From positions 60,328,001 through 60,392,000 of the forward strand of contig NC_045696.1 in assembly GCF_009834535.1 (NCBI RefSeq): DNA of 64,000 nt, in the 5' to 3' direction. This document shows positions 51,255 through 61,598 of the stretch, in pieces. Position numbers and translations under genes: made by a program. Under the pieces are notes generated by a model that saw only the letters and a list, made by a program, of their open reading frames with translations, was not told where the DNA came from and made no database searches. How positions within the stretch are numbered: position 1 is the stretch's first letter; every line of letters starts with the position of its first letter. This DNA comes from Camelus ferus. Lineage: Eukaryota.

Positions 51255-51626
51255 AAATTAAACTCTCTTTCCTTGCCTACTCCCAGATCTATTTCTTGCT
51301 CACTCTCCCAATCACTGTTATGAATTGATCTTTGTCTAATCCAGTTCTACTCCATTCTTTCCTTTAGCTAAGTTTTCTTGGCTTTTTTAAACAGAAAGCA
51401 AATAAAAAGAAACACAGGAAATGTGCCAAGTGAAGATGTCTAAGTGAAGAGGGGCTTTCGGGCCTCTGAAGATGCGCCAAGACACACCCTTCACCTGCTC
51501 CAGGAACAGCACACACTCATTGCAGGCAAAAGCTCTCAGGAGTCGTCCTGCAAACTCAGACCCAAAAGCATCTAGAAAGAAGCACAGACCCCAGTAAGGC
51601 CAGCTATTGAGCTCCAGAAGGCTTAC

Positions 51627-51858
51627 CTGGGTCCAGGTGTGAGAAGGAGCCCACCACAAAGTCCAGTGTGGACACGGCCAGCAGGAGCAGCAGCAGCAGC
51701 TGGAGGCGGATTATCCACTTGACACCTGCTAGGTTAATGCCCAGCAAGGCCAGGAGCACCGCAACTGAAATTCCTCGCACGGCCCAGATGTTCCTGAGGC
51801 TCAGTAGATCTGAGATGGATTCGGCGAAGCCGGTGATGTACATGGCACCTGCAACACA
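51627..51858 (-). CDS. SLC12A8: SLC12A8 internal coding exon (232 bp, phase 0/1): [77 protein letters not shown](E)
   Basis: AMYI.GFAE motif followed by hydrophobic TM segments. Acceptor tgtcag|TGT; donor CCAG|gtaagc. Confidence 0.97.
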
Positions 51859-52405
51859 CTGACAGGCAGTTCTAGGTAGAAGAAGTCAGCAAGACAAATA
51901 CTATCGGGGCAGCCTGGCACTGGGGACCCTGCTCACCCGTACAGAATTCAACACCTGGGAACTGGCATGGGGCTTACATGAGCCCTTCCTGCCCAGAAAC
52001 CCTGCCTCGGGCGCCCTTTCTTCTTGACTACATCTCTCCCACCATCCAGAGGGGAGAATGACTGTGGGTGGTAAGTAAGATAAAAAGACTATGGGAGGAA
52101 GAAGATGGGACTCTGGGCCAGAGAGACCTTTAGACTCCTCTGTCAAGAACTAAAGCAGAGAACAGAAACACAAAGCAGGGCGTCCCATCTCAGTGCCTTA
52201 GAAAGGCACTGAATCAAACTCCAGTTTTTTTCTCCATTTCTTTGTATGTCACTATTATTTTTAAAATTACATAAAACTTAGAAATAAGGGGAAAAAAGTA
52301 GGCAGCACATCCTTTCAATGTCAATATGGAACAAAGGCTACCCAAGGACTATCTAGGTGTTTGCACTTAGTTTTTCTCACTGTTTACTATTGATTAAATG
52401 TGTGG

Positions 52406-52640
52406 TTTTTTTTAATTGAAGTACAGTCAGTTACAATGTGTCCATTTCTGGTGTACAGCATAATGTCCCAGTCATGCATATGCATACACATATTTGTTTT
52501 CATATTCTTTTTCTTTAAAGGTTATTACAAGATATTAAATGTAGTTCCCTGTGCTATATAGAAGAAACTTGTTCTTTTGTCTATTTTTATATTTGGTGGT
52601 TATCATTTGCAAATCTCAAACTCCCAAATTTATCCCTTCA
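52406..52640 (-). mobile_element. L1 3'-end fragment (artiodactyl/camelid type)
   Basis: Reverse complement GGGATAAATTTGGGAGTTTGAGATTTGCA...ATAGCACAGGGAACTAC...TGCTGTACACCAGAAAT...TACTTCAATTAAAAAAAA. Confidence 0.88.
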
Positions 52641-54159
52641 TATCCCAGACTTAGTGAAGTTATAATGTTAACTTACAGATTTTTTTTTTTCCAGCAGAGA
52701 TGCACAGAACTTCTGTTTGGTAGAACGGATAACTCAAAAGATTAGGGTTTGTTGTCCTATAAGACATAAGCCAGTGCTGTATCTAACTCAGCAATGTTAT
52801 CCTCACATTTATTTATGAAATTGCCTAACTAGGAATTGATGGATCTGATCTGTATCCATCCAGGATCCGTATCTCACTTCTCAACCGCTCCTTAACATCT
52901 TACTGGTCCTCCACCAATTATTAAGTTAAATAACATCTTTGGCACATGTTTATATTTGCCTGAGAGTCATGATATGACCTCTTAAAAAATATTTGAAACA
53001 CAGTTTCAAATAAGTATTTGGAAATAACAGCAACCTCACTTTCCACAGTTCCTCAGCCGCCTTCTCTTACCAGGTCCGTCCCTTTAAGACCCCTAGGGGC
53101 AGCAGGTCACTCTCCTTCCTGTCGCTCTGCTTTTGCTGTTCTCTTAGCCAAAAAAGTTCTACTTAGGTCTCAGGCAAGTTCCTTCTTTGCTATGAAGCCT
53201 TTCCTCATCCCCCTTTTCTGAATAAATACTATGCTTACTGCTGATGCCATGAAATTAATTATCTGGCTCTGTATTCTGTTATTATTTCATGCATAAGTTT
53301 GTTCCCATCAGCACCACCAAGAATGCAAACACCTTTTAAAAACAAAAAAATTTTATGCTGATGGTACCTCTTGAAAATCCCCTGCATTTGCTAATTACGT
53401 TGCAAGCAATCAATAAATACTTTATGATACATGACTATATGAAAAGTGCTCTGAGAAGCAAATACTGTAAGCTTTGGACCTTTTATGTAAAGACAAGAGG
53501 GTAATACAATTTCTGTATTTGAGGGTGAGCTTATGAAACAGGCTCCACTCTTCACTGAGATTGGCTCACTTTGCAACTAGACATAACATCCTTGTCAGTG
53601 TTCCCCAAATTTAGAGCAGACATTTCTATCTGTATTGGGGGGAACCCAATAAATGTAGGGGAAACAGTCAGGAGAGAGACAAAGAAAGAAATCTATATTT
53701 TCCTGCATTTACCTCAGAATTCAAACTGATTTTTGACTAAATGCCGAGTGTGATGGAGACAACAATGCCATTTCATCAGTATTTGGTCAGATCAACAGGA
53801 CTATTCATGGTCAGATATATTAGAATTTTAAAAACAAATGTTAAAACTGCAGGAATGATTATCATTCGCACAGGCCTCGCCTTCCCAGGTGTCCAATGTC
53901 TCTAACATGCAGAGGGTGATGCCAGACTTGAATATGACTGTTTGCACCTGGAGTTTCCAAACCTGATTATTTCTTTTTCCAGCTGGAGAACAGAATTTGC
54001 TCACAGGAAGTGGGCCAAGCAGTAAAGACTGCTTTTGACTTCAAGTAACCCCAGTAGCTCCCCTCTCTCAGGTTTATACGTAAAATCACTTTTTCAGCCA
54101 AAGATGCTAGTAACAGGAAAAAAAAAGAAAAAAAGCAGCTCTCATGGATGCGTGAAAGA

Positions 54160-54435
54160 GCATGGTTGTTGGAAGTGTAGCCTGTGAAACCAGACTGCCT
54201 GAGGCCAAATGCTGTGGCTCCCAGTCTTCACTGTGTGATTGGGGGAAGTGTTCTAACTTCTCTGTGCTTCATACCTGTGTCTGTGAAACACAGGTAATAA
54301 CACTACTTACTTCAAAAGGTTATTGTGAGAATTAAAGAAGATAATGCATGTAAAGTCCTAGAACAATACCTGGCTCGCAGTTAGAGTTGTAGAAATAATA
54401 GCTATCGGCATTATCATTATTACTTTACTATTATT
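54160..54435 (+). mobile_element. MIR SINE
   Basis: CAGACTGCCTG...AACTTCTCTGTGCTTCA...GGTTATTGTGAGAATTAAA..AGATAATGCATGTAAAG. Confidence 0.75.
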
Positions 54436-54559
54436 AGCAACCAAAGAAAAGGAAACAGTAGCTAGCTAGGAATTTCATAAAAAGCTTTGTTAATGCTAAA
54501 TAGAGGATGGCAACGTCACTGAAAATTTGCAACATAAGTTGTAACTAAGGAGTCTTGAA

Positions 54560-55715
54560 ACCGAAGAGACTTATTTTTAAGGGAAAGCAATGACAACCCC
54601 AAATTAAACCACCTTCTCAAAATCCAAGAATTTGGGGGTAAGAGGTAAGGGTAATTATAGAAGATGGAGAAGTAAAAGCATCACAGAGATTTCATATTCA
54701 GTAGGTGGAGGAGCTAATAAGTAATGTTTTTGTTTGGAGCGTATAGAAAAAGTATAATTATGGCTTCTAAAAGTAGACAATAACTATTCACAGACTGAAA
54801 AGCATAGCAGAACTTCCAAATCAGCAAGGGGGAAAATTCAACAGAAATAAATTTGAGCCATGTTGGCAAAGTAAGGAGACATTTTTAAAATTTTCAAATT
54901 ATCTAGAAAGTAATAAAAAGGATTTACTCTAAAAGTTGAGAAACACATTAATCCTGTATTCCGGAAGGGGAAAAAAAAGTATAATCTTAAATGTTTTTAT
55001 TGGTTTAAAAAGGCAGAAAAATACATGAACAAAATATTAACTTAAGACGAGATTTTAAAAATCAGTATAAAGACAATAGGAAGAAGTATTTAATAAAAAG
55101 ATATATAAAATTAATGAAATAAAAGAAAAAACAAAAGAAAGCATACAGAGAACAAAAGCTGATTTTTTATTCTTTTTTAAAATATTTTATTGAGATATAA
55201 CTCACATACCATAAAAAAGCTGATTTTTTAAATCAATAAAAATATATAAATACGTGGCAGCCCAAGTTAGAAGAAAAGAGAAAGTGCAAAAATACAGACT
55301 ATTAGAAATGAGAAAAGGAATAACACTACTATTACACAAGAGCATAAAAGAATGAATAGAGAATGAACGTGCCATAAATTACGATACTTTCATCTTATAA
55401 AATACTAAGCAACTACTTAAAAAGCATGGGTTCAAAGCACCAACCTATCAGAATGTCTATGACTTATTGTTCGATGGAAAATACAAGAGTATGAAATTTG
55501 TAAAATTCACTTTTGTAAAAACAAGTAAGCACTTCAAAAACCCATCATTCATACAGGGGAAGGTGTTGACAAGGATGCCAGGCACTCACACTGGTTATTT
55601 TGGGGGCTGAGAGAAACTACCTGTTTCTTTATATTCTCTCTGATATGTTAACTGGTTATAATGAACATCATTTTGTAATTTTAAAGGAATTTTATAAAGG
55701 AAAATAAAAACAAAC
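54560..55715 (+). mobile_element. Ancient A-rich L1M fragments
   Basis: Strong plus-strand A skew with decayed L1 motifs (AAAAGCTGATTTTTTAAATCAATAAAA...ATTAGAAATGAGAAAAGGAATA). Boundaries approximate. Confidence 0.5.
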
Positions 55716-56036
55716 ACAATGAGAGTGCCATTCTGTTTGTGTAAAAACTGCATCTGGGTACACAGAGCACAGTGCGTCGACGACCCAAGGCTCCCCAAAA
55801 GCCAGCTCACCGCCAGCAAGCTCCATCCTGGCCTGGGTTCTGGTCTACCCTTGGGAGCGGTGTGCACCACAGTGACTGCCAGCCCTTCCCCAGAGGTGGG
55901 CTACCTTCCTTTACCTTCCAACCCTGACACTCCTCTTCATTGGAAAACATCCCTTTCAATTTGCTTAATGTATAAACCTCCCCAGAATTTCATATTTTTT
56001 AAGTATTTTTATCTCCTCTTAAAATTTATAATCACA

Positions 56037-56276
56037 AGGAGGGATGAATTAGCCATTTGGGATTAACAAATACACACTACTATATGTAAAATAGATAAAC
56101 AAGAAGGACCTACTATATAGCACAGGGAACTATATTCATTTTCTTATAATAACATATAATGGAAAATAGTCTGAAAAGAAAAAATATGTATCTACGTATG
56201 TGTATAACTGAATCACTTTGCTGTATACCTGAAACTAACATTGTAAATCAACTACACTCTGATTAAAATTTTTTTC
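56037..56276 (+). mobile_element. L1 3'-end fragment (artiodactyl type) with 15-bp TSD
   Basis: ATAGCACAGGGAACTATATTC...ATAACTGAATCACTTTGCTGTA...TGTAAATCAACTA. TSD AAATTTATAATCACA (56022-56036) / AAGTTTATAATCACA (56277-56291). Confidence 0.9.
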
Positions 56277-56509
56277 AAGTTTATAATCACAGGCATTCCT
56301 TTCTCTTTTTCATTCTCTATAGAGAACTTCTAACCCTCTGCCACAGGAAGCAGGGGGTGTCACCCACCATATTTTCAGGGTGTAACACCTCCATTCCAAG
56401 GCATTTGTTTTAGGAAAATTGCACTGTGAAGTAATGGACATTTTTTTTCCATCTTTGAGCACCTACCTAGAAGATCACAGCTTCCCCTCCAAATCCCTCC
56501 CCTTCTCAC

Positions 56510-57045
56510 AGAAAAATGGCTTCTTTGCAGACAAACCTTTAACTATGCTGATCAAGAAAAAAAGACAGAAAACTCAGATAACTAAAATCAGGAATGAAAG
56601 GGAGGCCATTTCTACCAATCTTACAAAAACAAAACAGGTTATAAGGGTATCTATGAATGATTATATGCCAAAACACTAGATAACCTAGATAAGACAGACA
56701 AATTCCTAGGAAAATACAAACTACCACCACTGACTCAGGAAGAAGGAGAAAACTGGAATAGCTATAGAAATAAAGAGATTGAATTAGTAATCAAAAAACT
56801 TCCTACAAAGAAAAACCCAGGACCACAGGGTTTCACCACCAAATTCCACCAAGCATAGAAAGAAAAATGAACACCAATCCTTCACAAACTCTTCCCAAAA
56901 ATCAAAGAAGAGGGAACACTTCCCAACTCATTCTGTGAGGCCAGCATCATCATGACACCAAAATTAGACAAAGATATGACAAGAAAAACTACAGACCAAT
57001 ATCCCTTATGATATATAGGCCAAAATCCTCAACAAAACACTAGCA
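56510..57045 (+). mobile_element. Old L1 ORF2 internal fragment
   Basis: Decayed ORF2 peptide DKPLTMLIKKKRQKTQITKIRNE and typical L1 sequence GAGGGAACACTTCCCAACTCATTCTGTGAGGCCAGCAT...AACTACAGACCAATATCCCT. Confidence 0.85.
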
Positions 57046-58443
57046 GCACATGGAAAGGACAACGCAGCAGCCGCACCCTCAGCCAGGCCCAGGTCGGCGG
57101 CAGAAGCAGCAGAGGCATGGTGAGGACACTGACTGCAGGGGCACCGATGTTTCTGGCCGAGGCCCCAAAGCAAAAGAAAGCAAAGTGAGCAAAGACATCA
57201 ATACCGTGGCTTCTGAGGCAGGGGCTGCCTGTGCTCAGAAAACTTCTCTGTTGTAAGCACCCTTCCTTCCAAGGCAGCTCACATACACAAGGCTCCCTCT
57301 CTCTGCACAGTGGCCCTTCCCACCCACCAGCGCTGTGGTCTCTGCTTCAAGGGCCGAGCTTGCTGTCTACCCAGGGAGCTGGGGAAAGTGGGGCTGCTGT
57401 TTGTCCATCTTGCAGCCTGCTTGGCTAGAAAACAGCAGAGAAGTAAAACACTGAAATACAAATCCCCAAGGTAATGAACAAACTGACTGTTTATTATTTA
57501 CCTCCCAAACTACCATGCTTAAAGAGCTTTCTCCAAAACGGCAAGTGGTTTTTAAGGGTGCAGTGACCATGTGTCTGCTTTCCACGCATCTGTCACACAC
57601 ACACACAGCTCTGTGCTGTTGGAGAATCAGATGTATTTTTGCTAAAATACCCGGCCCCTGCGGCTTAAAAATAAAAGAAGCAGAGCTGATGCTTTCTTTG
57701 AGGAGACTCTTAGAGTCTTTTCTTTAAACTTTTTTTTCAGCCACCCACCACCCCTCGCACCATCATTAAAGCCTTATGCAGTCCAAGAAGTTCTTACAAA
57801 GAGCTGCTTCTTAAAGTCTGCACTTGCTTCCTCAGCGTTAGGTCACCGTCCCTGTGTTTTAGCTAAACACGCCTCAGGGCTTCTCCCGACTCACTGGTTT
57901 TCTGAGGGCCGCCGGGCACCCTGGTGAAGCAGCCTCCTCATTGGTATTCTCCTTCTCAGACGGAGCATCCACACTGGGGCTTTCAGTCTCTCTGTTAAGG
58001 CCGTCAAGCTATCAATGGGAGCTCCAGTTCATCTGAGAACTGCCTGCTTCTAGGCAAGTCCTTGGCACAGGCCAAATGTCCCCTTTTCAGTGTAAAAGTG
58101 CCTCAGGGGTGGGCCACCCAGCTGCCACCAGGGCTCCAACCACTACTGTGCACTCCTCTCCCTAGACCCGGCTGCAAGGATGCATACAGCCCAGACCCGG
58201 CTCCCTGGAGGAATCGGGACTCTGGGAGGCACGGGTGGTGGAGAGGAAGGAGCTCTGGAGGGTCAGGGTCGTGGGCGGTGGGTTTGATTCTGCTCTGAGC
58301 TCCCCTCTAGAGCCCGTGTCTGGCCCATCTATAAAACGGGGGGACTGTCCACCTTGCCTCTCACGGGGTCAGATGGGAACGTGGATGAGAAGAAGGTGGC
58401 AGACAGCAAGGCAAGGGAAGTATCCCACTGCCAGTGGCCTCAC

Positions 58444-58635
58444 CTGTCCAAACACGTACAGCAGCCCGATCGTGCCTCCGGTCTGCCCGCCGAGGACCGC
58501 GGCGATCATGGAGTAGACGCCGCCGCTGCCCGCGCCGCAGTGCTCCCCAACCCCGATGCCGGACAGCACGGGGACCAGGGCCACCAGGGCGACGAAGGAC
58601 ACCAGAAACATGCCCATGAGCACTCCTGTATTTCC
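58444..58635 (-). CDS. SLC12A8: SLC12A8 internal coding exon (192 bp, phase 0/0): [64 protein letters not shown]
   Basis: Contains the CCC-family GG.Y.MI...LG...GG.IG motif. Acceptor tgcag|GGA; donor CAG|gtgagg. In frame with both neighbouring exons. Confidence 0.97.
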
Positions 58636-60063
58636 CTGCAGTGGAACAGCAAGGAGTCAGGTCAGGGTTAGGGCCCCTGGGGAGCACAGACCACCGCCCC
58701 CACATCCCAGGGGGTGGGCCCCGCCGGAAAAGGACAAAGGCAGCGCCACAGGAGTAAGGCCTGGGAGAAATTCCAGATGAAGGCAATGTCCCTGCAGCAA
58801 ACTCTTCGTGACTTCCCAGCGCTGACAACGTAAAGTCAAAGCTATGCCATACCCTCACGAGGCCCCTCCTGGTCTGTCCCCTCTCCACCTCCGCGGTTCC
58901 CCTCACCCCCCTGCCGATAGCACACATTCCCCGGCCCCACCGCCGTGTGCGGCAGCGTGAGGTCACTGCTCCCTCACCCTCACCCTCTTACCCACGCGGA
59001 TCCCCTGCCTGGAATGCCTTTCTGCCCATTCCTCCTCCTTGCCAGGTTCACTCTGGTGCATCCTTTAAGACTGGGTTTAGGAGTTTCCTCCTCCAGGATG
59101 CTGTCCCTGTAACCCTTCCTCCGGGCTTAGTACTTACCACAGCACTGATTACACTGAGTCTGTTTCCAAACCCAACCTTACCTCTGGGCTGTGCGCCCAA
59201 GAGAGCACAATGAGGTTTTCTTGTTTTGTAAGGGGGTGGGTTGGGGGGGCATTAGGGCTTTTTTTCTTGCTTTCTTTATTTCTCTTTCATTTGTGTGCAC
59301 CGCATTCTTCCTGCCCCTACTCCATCTACTCTCTTCTCACACCTCTGACTTTCATCACCTGAAAGTTATCTGAACAGTTTAGAAGTTCAATGCATTGAAA
59401 AATAGGTTTACATTTAGGTATGAATGTATACCTTTTGTAAATGAGTAAAGAAATATTGGGGGGAGAAGAAAAAGGTGAATATTTCCTTCATTTCTACTTT
59501 GATATCAATTTAGATGGAGGTTGGAGAGTAAAGTGGGATTACTGTATTTGTTAATCTGTTGGATTTTCAGCTGAGAGTAATGGCGTATCACACAAAATTA
59601 TGATTCTGTTAACAGAGAAAGGGAAAAAATGGATCGCAGCTTCCCACAGAGGACTATATGATAGCTAAAGGATTAGGTTTCATTCAGTTACTTACTTTGT
59701 TGATTTTATATTTGTAGTGAACTAACATAATTACTATTTTCTTCCTTTGTTTGTGCTTTTAAATTGTCTGCATGGGATAATTTTTTAAAGTCTGTACTAA
59801 TCTTTAGGTTCTTATACAAAAACTGCACCTAACATTTTTCAAATTATAAGTATACTGCAAATTATTCTTTAGAAGCAATACTTTCTATTTTAAAATGATT
59901 TGGGCATGACCTTAACTTAATTTGATGCCATCCCATAGAAGCTCCACCTTATTTTTGGCATTTCACATTTACCTTTTTTTCTATGTTCAAATATGATTTT
60001 TCAAGTAAAACTAATGTCAGAACTGAAAAGGAGAGATCATTTTAGGACAAAAGAATGCACTTG

Positions 60064-60548
60064 TGTGGTATGCAGCCTCAAAAATGGCCCCAGTGGTCCC
60101 CACCTCCCAGCATCTGTACCCCTGTGAAATCTCCCCTTGAGTGGGGAGCAGAACCCTGCAGCAGTGTTGGGATGTCACTTCTGAGATGAGGACATGAGAA
60201 GACCGTGGCTTTCATCTCACTTGCTCCCTCACTCTCTCGTAGGTTGCTGGCCCCGAGGGAAGCCAGCTGCAGGTACTGAGGCGACCCCTGTGAAGGGGCC
60301 CACATGACAAGGCCTGACAACAACCTCACAAGTGATCTTGGAAACACAGCCTCTACCAGTAGAGCCTTCAGATGAGACTGCAGCCCTGACCAACAGCTCG
60401 GCTGCAACCCCACAAGAAACGCTGAGCCAGAGGCACCCAGCTAAGTTACACCTGGATCCTGAAACCACAGTAACTACAAGGTAATTTGTATTTGTTCCTT
60501 TAAGCTGCTAAGTGTTGGGTAGTTTGTTATGCAGCAATAACTAACACA
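60064..60548 (+). mobile_element. MaLR solo LTR (MLT1E/F-like)
   Basis: TGTGGTATGCAGCCTCAAAAATGGCCCC...GAGCCTTCAGATGAGACTGCAGCCC...TTTGTTATGCAGCAATAACTAACACA. Confidence 0.85.
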
Positions 60549-61194
60549 ACTTCTACCTTCAGTTTGGGGACGGGACTGACACTTCTAGATGGCCATTTCT
60601 CAAAAAAAATCACCCAGCGAGAGGGTTAAGAGGAGGCGCTAAGATTTAAGAATCAAAATAGAGAGGGCTTCCTCTTCTCTCCACCCACTGTTCCAAAAGC
60701 ACCCCCGGCAAAAGGCAGAGCCCAGGGCCCAGGCTGTCACTGCTGGGCGTTCCTCTGCCACAATGGTCAGACTGCTGGGCCTCCTCGGACACAGACTGGA
60801 GAGATGCTGGGCAGTGAGGTGGCTCCCAGAAAGGGGAAAAATCAGAGGCCCATCCCAGAAGCCCGAGATGCCTGCCGGGATGAGGAGTCTGGACTAGAGG
60901 CTCTGTGTTTTTGTAAGTGGGGGCCCCTGCAAACTTGGCAGGAGTATGAGAGGCAAGAATTCTCAGCATTCACACCAGAGAAGTTGCTAACCCTGCTCTA
61001 AGCTTTCCACGCATTAATAAAAAAAACTTTCAGACCCATCCTGGCTATGGCTAAGGCTGAACCCTGAGCAGAGGGCCTGGGTATGGAGTAGGGCAAGTGC
61101 TCAGGAAGCTCTGGCCTCGCTCGGGCCTCCTAAGTGGGCTCAGAACCCCACACACCCCACTACAGTGAAAGTTTAATCCCCTGGAACTTGCACA

Positions 61195-61598
61195 TGAGAT
61201 GGTTAATCTCATGTGCCAACTTGGCTAGATTGTGGTGACTAGTTGTTTTGGCAAACACTAGTCTGGAAGTTGCTGTAAGTGTATTTTCAGGATGTGATTA
61301 ATATGTATAATCAGTTGACCTTAAGTAAAGGAGATTACCCTCCATAATGTGGGTGATTCTCATGCAATCAGTTGCAAAGACTGAGCAACGTGCAAGAGCA
61401 AAGACTGAGGTTTCCCTAAAAAGGAATCTGGCCTCCAGACTGCAACACAGAAATTTTCTCTGAGTTTCTAGGTTTTGGACTCAAAAGACTGCAACATCAA
61501 TCCTTACCTACATCTCACTTGTCCTACAGATTTTTTACTTGCCAGCTCCCATAATTGCATGAGCCAATTTCTTAAATACACACACCTCTCTGTATCTC
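61195..61598 (+). mobile_element. ERVL LTR (MLT2B-like), 3' end interrupted or missing
   Basis: TGAGATGGTTAATCTCATGTGCCAACTTGGCT...AGTAAAGGAGATTACCCTCCATAATGTGGGTG...ATGAGCCAATTTCTTAAA. Confidence 0.85.

Larger units (their letters stand above)
10904..51626 (-). other. SLC12A8: 40.7-kb SLC12A8 intron (GT...AG, phase 1)
   Basis: Bounded by gtaagc at 51626 and tttcag ending at 10904. The flanking exons join to give the continuous peptide HLDPEHGFIGY. Confidence 0.9.

Noticed and set aside
58361..58966. 201-aa minus-strand ORF overlapping the 192-bp exon
   Set aside because: Alternative frame of a very GC-rich exon where stops are scarce. The splice-compatible frame is the SLC12A8 one.
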